Assembly: GCF_902459465.1 (NCBI RefSeq)
Contig: NC_047075.1
Span: 5,766,001-5,830,000, forward strand
DNA: 64,000 nt
Source: Asterias rubens
Lineage: Eukaryota
Direction: 5' to 3'
In this document: positions 1-11,084 of the stretch, in pieces
Position numbering within the stretch: the stretch's first letter is position 1
Layout: each line of letters begins with the position of its first letter
Position numbers and translations under genes: made by a program
Notes under the pieces: model-generated
Databases searched by the model: none
Seen by the model: the letters and a program-made list of their open reading frames with translations, nothing else
What the model was told of the DNA's origin: nothing

Positions 1-2
1 GC

Positions 3-1496
3 TTCCTCAAACCCTTAGTCTGCCGTATTCCTTCCTTCATCAAGGATACCAAAGACTTTCTCCCCAAACTAGATGAGGTCAAGCACCAAATACCTGACTC
101 TGCTATTTTGGTTACTTTTGATGTTTCATCACTGTATACTAACATACCCCATCATGAAGGCATGAGTGCATGTGTCTCTGCCCTCAATGCTAGTAATCAG
201 TCCCGCCCCTCAGTGAGTCATATTAAGGAACTCATGAGCCACATTCTAATGAAGAATAATTTCACATTTTCTGACAGGCATTTTCTACAGGTACAGGGTA
301 CTGCCATGGGTACCAAAATGGCACCCTCATATGCTAACCTATTCATGTCTCAGTTGGAGGACAGACTCCTGTCCTCCGCCCCCAACCGACCACTAGTTTG
401 GTGGAGATTTATTGATGATATTTTCTCCATCTGGTGTGGTGACCAAGACAGCTTGGATGAGTTTATTGACCATATCAACTCATTTCACCCCACCATAAAG
501 TTCACTACCGAACAATCTCTCACCAGTGTGAACTTTCTAGATGTGACAATAACCAAGTCTCCTAATGGCCTTGTCACAGATGTTTACAGTAAACCCACCG
601 ACACCCACCAGTACCTTCTCTCCAATAGCTGTCACCCTAGTCACTGTAAGAAGGCAATTGCTTACAGTCGGGCCTTACGTATCAGGCGTATCTGTTCCAC
701 AGATACCCTGTACAAGAGGCGCTCATCAGAGCTAAGGAAACACCTTGTATCTAGGGGACACAGCGAACGTAGGGTCCAACTTGCTATCAACAGGGCTCTC
801 AACGTACCTCGTCATACTCTGTTGACTAACACGAGAGCTAAAAAAGCTCCTACCAATAGAGTTGCTTTGGTCACCACTTTCCACCCCAAACTACCCAAAC
901 TTCCCTCAATTCTCAATAATAACATGCCTATACTTCACTCCTCCAGCAGGTTACACTCAGCAATCACTGAGGTTCCCATGGTTGCATTCCGCCGCCCTAA
1001 GAACCTTGGTGACATACTAGTCAGGGCCAAACTTCCCCCAGGTACAGTCCAAACACAACCCCCGACAGATATACTGGGCTGTCACAAATGTACCCGTTCC
1101 AAATGCAAAACGTGTCTGCACATTAAGCCCTCACTTAAGGTGAAGAGTCATACCACTGGCTCTTCATACAACATCAAGACCGACTCTGAATGCAGCACGT
1201 CTAATGTAGTCTATGTCATATCATGTAAGAGATGTGGGCTACAATATGTGGGAGAGACTAAGACCAAACTTAGTCTTCGCTTTGCGAATCATGTCTCTTC
1301 CATAAAGACTAAGAAACCGTACCCAGTCTCTATCCACTTCAACAGCCCCAATCATAGTGTCATTGATGTTGAACTTCTGGTGATTGAAGCTTGCAATGGT
1401 GATGACACACACCGCAAGAATAGAGAATCACACTGGATTCACCAACTCAAGACAGTCAAACCCTTTGGACTTAACATAAACACTGGTGTTAAATAA
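3..1496 (+). CDS. Penelope-like element (PLE) ORF: reverse transcriptase + Cys-rich linker + GIY-YIG endonuclease; runs off the window start
   Basis: Frame open from base 3 (FLKPLVCRIPSFIKDTKDFL). RT motifs DVSSLYTNIP, QVQGTAMGTKMAPSYANLFM, WWRFIDDIF, FLDV; CxxC linker GCHKCTRSKCKTC; GIY-YIG NVVYVISC..CGLQYVGET, RFANH, RESHWI, GLN. Confidence 0.95.
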   Translation, partial: FLKPLVCRIPSFIKDTKDFLPKLDEVKHQIPDSAILVTFDVSSLYTNIPHHEGMSACVSALNASNQSRPSVSHIKELMSHILMKNNFTFSDRHFLQVQGTAMGTKMAPSYANLFMSQLEDRLLSSAPNRPLVWWRFIDDIFSIWCGDQDSLDEFIDHINSFHPTIKFTTEQSLTSVNFLDVTITKSPNGLVTDVYSKPTDTHQYLLSNSCHPSHCKKAIAYSRALRIRRICSTDTLYKRRSSELRKHLVSRGHSERRVQLAINRALNVPRHTLLTNTRAKKAPTNRVALVTTFHPKLPKLPSILNNNMPILHSSSRLHSAITEVPMVAFRRPKNLGDILVRAKLPPGTVQTQPPTDILGCHKCTRSKCKTCLHIKPSLKVKSHTTGSSYNIKTDSECSTSNVVYVISCKRCGLQYVGETKTKLSLRFANHVSSIKTKKPYPVSIHFNSPNHSVIDVELLVIEACNGDDTHRKNRESHWIHQLKTVKPFGLNINTGVK

Positions 1497-2007
1497 CTTC
1501 TCATTACCCTCCACTTCACTTCTGCCTAAGAACTTATATGTTGTATATATTCTGTACATAAAGTATAAATTAACCTAGTTTAAAGTTGTTTTTATAAATT
1601 CATCACTGTAACTATCTGATGTAAGTAACCCCCCCCCCCTTTTTCCACAGGTCCCTCATACCTATTTTTAAAATCATCATACCTTTGATCTTGCTATTCT
1701 TATTAATTGACCATTGTTAGTTGCATCATGATGCAACTTGCTCTCTAATCCTACCCTTTCATGTCTCCCTGCATTGTTGTCGGACAATACTTTTACCACT
1801 TTTATGGTCCAGTAACCCTTCCTTTCATTCTAAACATCCTTTGTCCTCGCCACTCCACTCCTATTGGTTCATAGCCACCAATATTGTTTCTGAAATAGGA
1901 ACTTTGATTGGCTGTTATTTTCCCGCTTCTTTCTGGATCCTTTCCTTAATCCCTTTCCCCCTCTCTTTTTCTATAAATGGATATGTATTTGTTTGTACTT
2001 GTTTTAT

Positions 2008-2046
2008 GCCTCTGAAGAAGGTCCGGATTGGATCGAAAGCTAAGGC
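2008..2046 (+). ncRNA. Minimal type I hammerhead ribozyme
   Basis: GCCT-CTGAAGA-A-GGTCC(GGATT)GGATC-GAAA-GC-T-A-AGGC. Core CUGAnGA 2012-2018 and GAAA 2035-2038; stem I GCCT/AGGC; stem II GGTCC/GGATC; palindromic AGCT stem III. Matches the known PLE hammerhead pattern. Confidence 0.85.
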
Positions 2047-3103
2047 CATCTACCCTATTCATTATAACCAGTTAGTAGTGTCATTATATTTTGGTCAACC
2101 TGTGACGTCATTATGACGTCATAATATGTACATCAGTATTTCGTCATATTATGGTCAGCTTGTGACGGCAATTTACCGTTACGACATCATTTGCATATTA
2201 TGCAAATTTTGAGGTCAGACTAAGATGTGGTTACATACTACAACAATTATACAACAAATTTATCGGTAATTAGATACCACAAACACATGTTTTGTTTTGT
2301 TTGTGTTAAATATCAATAGATTTTGTGATAAATTAAATGTGTGAAAAGCTTAATTCTAAAATATTAATTAAAACTACAAAGTTTGAATTACAATCTATAA
2401 CACCCATGAATGCAAAATTCTTGAAACCGATCGGTATATATACACATGCTGTACCATTGGATAGTATATAGGTGCGGTGACTAGAGGTCAACGAAGGGAG
2501 ATCAAGTGGATTGTATGTGTGCATTGTATTATTTAATAATGTTAATAATTAAAAATAAACTAATAAATAATAAGCATTAAATGTTGATGTAACGTCAAGT
2601 TTGGGGTATTCTAATGACGTCTAAACGATGTCATTAATTGACAATATGCCGACGTCGGTTTGTGGTCGGAAAAATTACGTTGTACCAATGCCATAGAAAT
2701 AATTGACGCAGCAAATAATTGCAAGCTTTTATATACCTGAAGGGATTGTCCCCTTGGACAGTGATTTGGTTCACTTTTGGGCAATCCCTAGGCTTCTGTT
2801 TGCCTTTTCTGTTTGATTTGTTATGTCTCTCATTGTTTTCCTAATGGTTTTGAATCCTACATTTTCTGGTATTGTTGCTGTGTGTTTTTAAATGTTTTTA
2901 ATACCTGAAATAATAAATAAAGAAATAATAAATAAAGAAATAAAAGCTTCAAGACCCTCATTAATGGCTTGAAGTTTAATGAGTAGCAGAACCAGTAGGC
3001 TGTTTGTTCATACCTAATGTTGCAGTATAAGTGATTGCAGTTCATCCAAACAATGTTTGACAAACCAAAAGGATTCCAAGAGCATGAGTTTGATGGTTAT
3101 CTA

Positions 3104-3271
3104 CAATTGTGCACATTCTATTAGCTAGGAGCCCATCAATGGGCCAATCCATTAAGCTCCAATTGTGCACATTCTATTAGCTAGGAGCCCATCAATGGGC
3201 CAATCCATTAAGCTCCAATTGTGCACATTCTATTAGCTAGGAGCCCATCAATGGGCCAATCCATTAAGCTC
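3104..3271. repeat. 56-bp unit x3 spanning the flank and left end of a MITE
   Basis: CAATTGTGCACATTCTATTAGCTAGGAGCCCATCAATGGGCCAATCCATTAAGCTC starts at 3104, 3160 and 3216. Confidence 0.95.
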
Positions 3272-3455
3272 CGTCCCATTGTGTATTGACCAATCACAAC
3301 CCATTGCCTCATCAAAAGTCTGACAAAATAAGGTCTGACATGCGTGCGTGTACGCTTTGCGCGGGCAGCAATGTTGTGCAGAATGGCATTGGAGAGGCTC
3401 ACATATTCTTGCCCACATGAGCACCTTGGGTAGAGCCTCATGGATTGGTCTATTG
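3249..3455. mobile_element. ~200-bp MITE
   Basis: Left CAATGGGCCAATCCAT versus right ATGGATTGGTCTATTG (imperfect 16-bp TIR). Confidence 0.55.
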
Positions 3456-4143
3456 GTGCTCACGTTGATGGGGAAGTGAACTGTTTACTACATGTACATG
3501 TACATACATGTAGTATCAGCTTGAAAAGCCATGTCTTACACATATACATGTATCTTAATAAATGTAATGTATGTATGCACAAAAGTAATAGTTATCCACA
3601 ATGTAGTTATCTCCAAATTGATCATTGTCTCTAAATCTTAACTTAAAGGTTAGATAATTGTTTCACTGGGAATACATTGTATTTGTTTTATTTGTAACAT
3701 TTCTAAACCACACCCATAATAACTTGACATCAGGCATGCATTAACTTTGGCATCAAGAGAAGATATCCACCTTTTGACTGCTGATATAATGATACATGTA
3801 TTAGTCACTTTGAATAGGCAAGATCAACTATGATAAAACACAGCACCTCTGGTTACTCACTCAAGATAACAACAGACACAGACAGCTTTCATGCAGTGAT
3901 TATGCTAGAACCAGCCATCCACATGTACATCACTATGCAACAGGTAAGTCATGTTAGTATTCATGCAGACAACTTTTGAATAACATGCCCACCTGATCAG
4001 CAAATGATACATGACGATGAAGCCTGACTAATGGTTGACTCACATGGCTTACATGCACTGGTGATGAACACCTAGCATAACACTAATTATTGCATAGTAA
4101 AATACAGTAGGGATGAGACATGATCGAGTTTGATGGTTGTATC

Positions 4144-4916
4144 ATGGAGGGAGGAAGGAAGAGAAGGAGCTCGAACGACCCGCAAAACCGCAGAGTAACA
4201 AAAGAAAACCATGACAATTCCCCTGTCAGACCAGTGGGAAAAGACAGGAGACCTCCTGCAGGACGGCCGATTAACGAGCGCGATTAGCTCTCTTTGTACA
4301 GAACGTGTGGTACCGCCAACCTCTGCACTGTTGCCTTCGTGAAGGATGAATCATTGAAGACAAGAATTGCAAAAATACACAGTTTTTGCATGCGCAGCAT
4401 GTTTTCTTTGTCTTTCATGGATGCGCACTAGTACAAACAATTGCATTGTTTTTCCTGTTCTTTTGGGGGGTTTTCACATGAAAATCGGAGTTGTAGAAGG
4501 TGAGTTGTGATTGACTTCTTCATCTTTGTTTGAGGTGTTTTCATGGAAATATCATAGCATATTTGTACACTTTTTGCAACTTTCCGGTCACTAGCAGCAG
4601 TTAAAAAATTGGGTACTTGTACATGAGGGTGGTTTGTATTCAATTGTGTTTATCGTCTAGGCGTCCAATAGCGTCCAAAAATATTATCGCCTTTTAAAAA
4701 AAGTAGTTTTTTCTTTAATAAATCCATACGACATATGACACCATAGTTGCGTAAAGAACCAAGTGCGCACACACAAACTCACAGACGCCAGATCGCCCAT
4801 TGTTTGTATAAGGTACATGTATGTGGGTGATGACGACGTGTCATTAAAAGACCACGGTACCACTGGTTGGGCTTTTGAAGTCCCTTCATCCGAACTCCTT
4901 CTCTTCCTTCCTCCAT
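4144..4916. mobile_element. 773-bp non-autonomous TIR element with 9-bp TSD (Mutator-like)
   Basis: Left end ATGGAGG(GAGG)AAGGAAGAGAAGGAGCTCG is inverted at the right end (CGAACTCCTTCTCTTCCTTCCTCCAT). Flanks are GGTTGTATC (4135-4143) and GGTTATATC (4917-4925). Confidence 0.6.
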
Positions 4917-6425
4917 GGTTATATCATCAGTGTTGTGGTCGAAGCCATTGTCAAAGCTATCATTTGTACAGCCCCTAAGTGCACATAGATCAAGTTTAGC
5001 AGTGTACTCCCTGAGTACGAAGAAGAAATCAACAATCAAAGCTGAAAGAAGCATCAACCAACTTCCCTCAGACCAATATCTAGTTTGACAATGTACACTG
5101 AGAAAATATGTTCAATAAAAATTCCCACTTTCATGACTTTAGGATAAAATGTGAGTAATTTGAGGTACATGTGCATGTGAATGAGTTAATCTCAACTCCT
5201 ATGTGGACTATAAGACAATACCAAAGACAATCAAACTTCACTTGTTGGTAGTTAGAGCCTTAAGCCAAGGCTCATGATGCATGCCGTGTGCAATTAAAAC
5301 AGCAGCAAAACTTATGCAAAGCAACATACACATGCAACAGACCAAGTAATCAATGCATTTACATGTATTTATTCAGATGGACTGGAAATGTTCCTGTACC
5401 TACTCATTGTTTATCAAACCTTGACAATGTCATGAAAATAATTTTCGTCTCAGTGATCATGAGACGAAAATAGTTTTAACATGTAAAACCGTATTTTCAT
5501 TGCATTGTTTTACCCATTTCTCAAAACTACAGCACCTCAACCACTAATATTTTAAGGTACACTTTCTACTGCCATTATCTTCAACCAGTGTAAATTTAAT
5601 GTAAATCTGTGGACATTGTGTTTTGTGTTACGAGAAGTACCCAAATTCTTTAATAAACAATAGAAATAGGGAAAAGGTTTATCTTTAGGGGGAAAAATGC
5701 TTCGTACAATGTAGTAATATGATTATTCCCTTTATTCTATAATGAAATACTTGAAATGCAAATAGGATGGCGGAACAAATAGCAATAGTATCATGCATTA
5801 AGCCTAGCCGCTATTGTTTGAACAAAATGTGTGACAAAATAGGAACATTTCACAATGTTAAGACAAAGAGATAAATGTTCTCTAAAAAGTTTCCAAAAAA
5901 CAAAATACACACTTTCATAATCCAACACTCTCAGTGTTTTAACAGGGACAAGAAATGCTCAAACTAGCACAAGAGTGAAAGAATTTGAAGACTACATGTA
6001 CATCAATAGGTGTAGGTACGTGTAATGCAGACATCAAACACATCAAAATGAATTTGGTTATGCAGTGCTGCATAAGCAAACCCTTTTGGCTGAGCAAAGA
6101 TTTGTTTTCTTATTAGATTTATCTGTATTCAAATGTTTTTTTTGTTTTGTTTTAAGTCTAAAAACAAATGCAAGCTTGTATGTAATTACAAAACTGCTTT
6201 TTGAGGTTAATGATTTATTTGTTGACGTAAAGAAGGCTCTATAGTTACCTGTATTGTAGGCTCACTGTGTCTCGCATGCGTATGTTTAACACGGGTCGCT
6301 GTAAAAAACAAAATCTATGTAAAATCAACAGCTTCAACTAGCAATGTGACTGCACAGACAACATTTCATAGAAGTGCTTTTACAATGTAGAGTGAATGCA
6401 TTCATCCACATTGAAATGATTACTG

Positions 6426-7457
6426 TCTTCATACTGACCATCATGGCCAGACTCAGGTACTGTCTTTATACTGACCATCATGGCCAGTCTGAGGTGTCTT
6501 TATACTGACCATCATGGCCAGACTCAGGTACTGTCTTTATACTGACCATCATGGCCAGTCTAAGGTGTCTTTATACTGACCATCATGGCCAGTCTAAGGT
6601 GTCTTTATACTGACCATCATGGCCAGTCTAAGGTACTGTCTTTATACTGACCATCATGGCCAGTCTAAGGTGTCTTTATACTGACCATCATGGCCAGTCT
6701 AAGGTACTGTCTTTATACTGACCATCATGGCCAGTCTGAGGTGTCTTTATACTGACCATCATGGCCAGACTCAGGTACTGTCTTTATACTGACCACCATG
6801 GCCAGTCTGAGGTGTCTTTATACTGACCATCATGGCCAGACTCAGGTACTGTCTTTATACTGACCACCATGGCCAGTCTGAGGTGTCTTTATACTGACCA
6901 TCATGGCCAGACTCAGGTACTGTCTTTATACTGACCATCATGGCCAGTCTGAGGTGTCTTTATACTGACCATCATGGCCAGTCTAAGGTACTGTCTTTAT
7001 ACTGACCATCATGGCCAGTATAAGGTGTCTTTATACTGACCATCATGGCCAGTCTAAGGTGTCTTTATACTGACCATCATGGCCAGTCTAAGGTACTGTC
7101 TTTATACTGACCATCATGGCCAGTCTAAGGTGTCTTTATACTGACCATCATGGCCAGTCTAAGATACTGTCTTTATACTGACCATCATGGCCAGTCTAAG
7201 GTGTCTTTATACTGACCATTAAGTATAAGGTCTAAGGTACTGTCTTTATACTGACCATCATGGCCAGTCTAAGGTGTCTTTATACTGACCATCATGGACA
7301 GTCTAAGGTACTGTCTTTATACTGACCGTCATGGCCAGTGTAATGTGTCTTTATACTGACCATTAAGTATAAGGTCTAAGGTACTGTCTTTATACTGACC
7401 ATCACTGACCATCATGGCCAGTCTAAGGTGTCTTTATACTGTCCATTATGGCCAGTA
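6426..7457. repeat. Minisatellite of interspersed 34- and 37-bp units
   Basis: ATACTGACCATCATGGCCAG(TCTGAGGT|ACTCAGGTACT|TCTAAGGT..)GTCTTT repeated about 28 times. Confidence 0.97.
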
Positions 7458-7556
7458 TATGCACCAAACATCAAAAAGTCAAAATTAATGCATCAAGTGA
7501 AACTTCAAGGGCACTAAATAAACTACATGTGTATGTATCATTAATCACATACTTAC

Positions 7557-7670
7557 AAGGCTCTGTGTCGAATGACATGCTCTTTCCATACGTCTCCAAT
7601 ATTTTTCTCCTCGTTGAAGATGTACTTGGACTGTCATTAAAACCAAATAATGTGTCATCATCAAGTTGAA
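7557..7670 (-). CDS. Candidate downstream exon of the F-BAR/C1 gene (QLDDDTLFGFNDSPSTSSTRRKILETYGKSMSFDTEP)
   Basis: AAAAG acceptor, strong CCTT|GTAAGT donor, 114 nt in phase 1-1. The exon linking it to the phase-2 end at 10874 was not securely found. Confidence 0.45.
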
Positions 7671-8123
7671 CTTTTGATACAATATTGGCAATTATTTGAA
7701 AGTCGTTAAATATTGGATTGAACAAAAAACCATAGAACATTCCATAAAATGTGCGTCTGAGTGATGATGTTGGAGTTGTTTAGCACAATCCCAAGCCCTG
7801 ATATATTGCTCAGACTTGATATCAGAACAGTCACATTGGTCCATGTACTCCTCCCAGTTCATTTTCGTATTAAGGAAAGCATGGGCGACTAGTGCGACTA
7901 GTATCGAAGTCGCAACTATTGATTGCTTAGTTGAGTCGCGACTACGGCTATTCAACTACTCGGTTTACATCAGGCTGACACAACTAATACAAAAATAGAT
8001 GCAACTTCCTGCTTGATGAACCGATAGTGTTGCTCACGACTATACACAACAACATTATTTACTTAAGAAACCCAATCAGACATCAGTGACACGATCCTTC
8101 AATCCTGTCACCACGAATTTTAC

Positions 8124-9107
8124 TAAACACATCAACATAAGTAAGTCCCCCCCCCCCTCAACAGTTTGTCATAACATCGTAAGGTAAAACGTTTCACCAA
8201 TACAACTAATTACGAAATAATTCTATGACGTGTTTCCTAGGTGTTTTTGAAAAATGAAAGATGTCCATGAATTCATGGCTGAATGAGCTCAAATGGAAGA
8301 CAAAAACTGCCCTTTTCAAAAGTCAAGTCACAAAAGTTTATCAAATCTGCAGGCCAGCAACGTGTGTATCCACTACGCCTGTCAATGACCGCCTGGCACC
8401 GTCATGGCATGGATGTCTCCTCCATGGTCATGGTGTTGATCAGTCTGGTGACACGCTGCTGTGGGATGGCATTTCACTGAACCTGCAGAATATAGGACAG
8501 GTTAGCCAGGTTGCTGTTGGTGTTGATGTGGGGATATGCAGATCGCTTCAGCTAGTCCCACAGGGATGGAATTGAGGTCAGGCGAGCTTGCTGGCCGGAC
8601 CATTCCCTCGATGCCTTCACCAGCCAGAACGCAGTAGCTACTCTCCCTCTGTGTGGTCGGGCATTAATGTCATCCATACGTACACAAATCAACATAATGT
8701 TGCCCTGTCAGGTTGCCAGCAATCTGCACAAGTGGTGTTTTCCTGGTAAGGCTTATACCACCCCACACCATGACACTCCGAACACCATAGGCTGTAACTG
8801 GTTGAACACAGCATGTTGCTCTCCAACTCGACGCCACACCTGTCTCCGGCCATCAATGTGACGCAGGCAACTTCTCGTTTCATCGGTGAATAACACAACG
8901 CAACATTTGTGACTTTTGAGAAAGGCAGTTTTTGTCTTCCATTTGAGCTCAGTCAGCCATGAACTCATGGACATCTTTCATTTTTCAACAACACTTAGGA
9001 AACATGTCATAGAATTATTTCTTAATTGATTGTATTCATAAAATGTTTTACCTTACGATGTTATGACGAATTGTTGAGGGGGGGACTTAATTTTGTTGAT
9101 GTGTTTA
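8124..9107 (-). mobile_element. Internally deleted Tc1-family transposon with ~200-bp TIRs
   Basis: Arm 8124-8334 is inverted at 8905-9107. The internal minus strand shows frameshifted Tc1 DDE motifs VLFTDETR..DGRRQVWRR, SVMVWGGIS, SPDLNSI and RCQAVID..SGYTR. Confidence 0.88.
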
Positions 9108-9870
9108 TACATTATTGAGACTGCGGCAAACAATATGCTGCAATGCATCTTGGAAATAAAAAATTAATCGCGAATAATGTCAAAGTCGCAAACTATTTTT
9201 TTTTAAACGACTAGTCAAGTTAATTTCATTAGTCGCCAACTTTAACGTTACCCTAAAATCTTAAAGGCACATAAAATTCTTATCCACCTGTCCTTTTTAG
9301 AGGCTACGTTTTTTTGTAGTTTTCTTTTATTGTTTCTCTTCACAATTTTGTTTAAGCTGTTATTACAATTACACCATCAATACAACACAAGTGGTAATAA
9401 ACAATCAGTCAACAACGCACATCGAGAAATAATTCAATGAACTTTGCCCCGCACGCCCTCTGTTGGCAAAACTTGTCCATGCTATTAGAACTCCTCCAAG
9501 GCTGTACATTGTGCACAGTCTACAGGCATAATGCACAACGTGTGGCAATTCTTCACTCCGTTCGTGAACGTGTACTGCATTGAAGTCCAGTCAAGAAGGT
9601 CATGAATATGGAATTATCAACAGCCATCAATGGCCAATCACAGCGTGGTGAATGTTGGTCAGAATGGACTTTGGACGGCGGTGTGTGTTGTTCAATATGC
9701 TGTGCCTACTGCATGGACTATATACATGTATGAAGTGGGCGACTGTGTGTAGCTGCACTATGTGGTTTGTGCATCGTGTTTTCAATGATTGTACGACAAC
9801 GTGTATTCTGAAATGAACGAGAGCACTTCAGATCCTGATCGCGGCCAAATTAAATCTAGCAAGTATCTAG

Positions 9871-10018
9871 AATGGGGGACTTTCAGGACGCTTGGTGGCA
9901 GCAGACTTACCAGGTAAACTCCATTGTTCTTGGCAATGTGCGCATGCTCAGAACTACGCAAACAATGGACATTTACCTGGTAAGTCTGCTGCCACCTAGC
10001 GTTCAAAAGTCTCCTATT
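9871..10018. mobile_element. ~150-bp hairpin MITE
   Basis: GGTGGCAGCAGACTTACCAGGTAAA is inverted as TTTACCTGGTAAGTCTGCTGCCACC; imperfect pairing extends to both ends. Confidence 0.8.
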
Positions 10019-10873
10019 GTTAAACTTATTGTAAATTTGAATGTTGGAGAGTGAAAGGTTTAGAACTCAATTTGCCAAAGTCGGAGATTTTAAAAAAGTT
10101 GGAACTAAAAAAAAAAGACGGTTTTTCAAAGTCGGAAAGTCGGAATTCCGCCAAAAGGCGGAAGAATCTCATCCCTGCCTTTTATAACGATAATTTGAAT
10201 ACATGGTAGTTTTTTTTCAAATACTCGCGTACAATTGTGTACAAAAAAAAGATTAAAATTGGGTTAAGTAATTGACTTTTATTTGGCTGGAAGTAAAACT
10301 AACTTGGAAGATCAGAACCACTTTTTTTAAAAATTGAAAAGAATTTGTTTTTTTTTAAGATCATATGAAAAATGCTCAACATTTACAAAGTTTGATGGTT
10401 TAGTTTAGGACCTTTTTTCTCCATACTGGAAGACATTTGGAGTCATATTTTAGTCTCTTTTGTAGCCCAAATAACCCAACGAAGCTGATGTGTCCCTCTA
10501 ATACATGTAGATGTTAAATTTGCATCACGGATAAAGCATTTGGTGTGGCTAATAAAGTTACATCAAAATTTTTAAAACACTAGTACAAATCAGCTCAACT
10601 TCTTTGAAAGGGTTGAGCAAGTATCAATTTTTGGCATGTATACAATCATGACATGCTAAGTTAAGGATCCAAGAACTTCTCTAACATTTTGGAATTTGAA
10701 GTCTTGTATCATATCAATTGATCGATACTCAAATACTCCACTGGAGGCTCGAGTGAATTGTTTCAGCATCTCAAGCAAACAGAAACTAAACACACAGAGC
10801 TTAATTTAAGAAATGCAGGGAATAGAAATGAGCATACCCTAATGAAAGGCTAAGATAAAGCAGTGCATAATAC

Positions 10874-11084
10874 CTGTGTGGTGCTGATTTAGACATGACT
10901 GGATCCCGTCCATCTGGTGCCAGTGAATTGGCGCTGCCACTGGAATAGCTACTTAAGGAAGCTCCTGATGCAGCAATACTACCTGGAACCAGACTAGGCC
11001 TTGGTGAAGTCTCAACACATGTTGCACTAGAAAGATTGGCTGCACATTTAATGGCCTCATATATTGGATCCACCTCTTCAACAT
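10874..11084 (-). CDS. Exon VEEVDPIYEAIKCAANL... followed by a Ser-rich segment (resembles the STAC VDPVYETLRF motif)
   Basis: TTTGCAG acceptor, CACAG|GTATTA donor, 211 nt, phase 1-2. Confidence 0.85.

Larger units (their letters stand above)
1..2093 (+). mobile_element. Penelope-like retrotransposon including 3' pseudo-LTR region (Neptune-like by the Cys linker)
   Basis: Intact ORF followed by a ~550 bp pyrimidine-rich tail that carries a hammerhead motif; right boundary approximate. Confidence 0.8.

Noticed and set aside
1721-2116. 131-aa ORF after the PLE ORF
   Set aside because: TTG start, low-complexity pyrimidine-rich pLTR sequence, no recognisable domain.
10700-10786. Exon candidate SFCLLEMLKQFTRAS.. 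after 10874
   Set aside because: Acceptor and phase fit, but there is no convincing donor; left unresolved.
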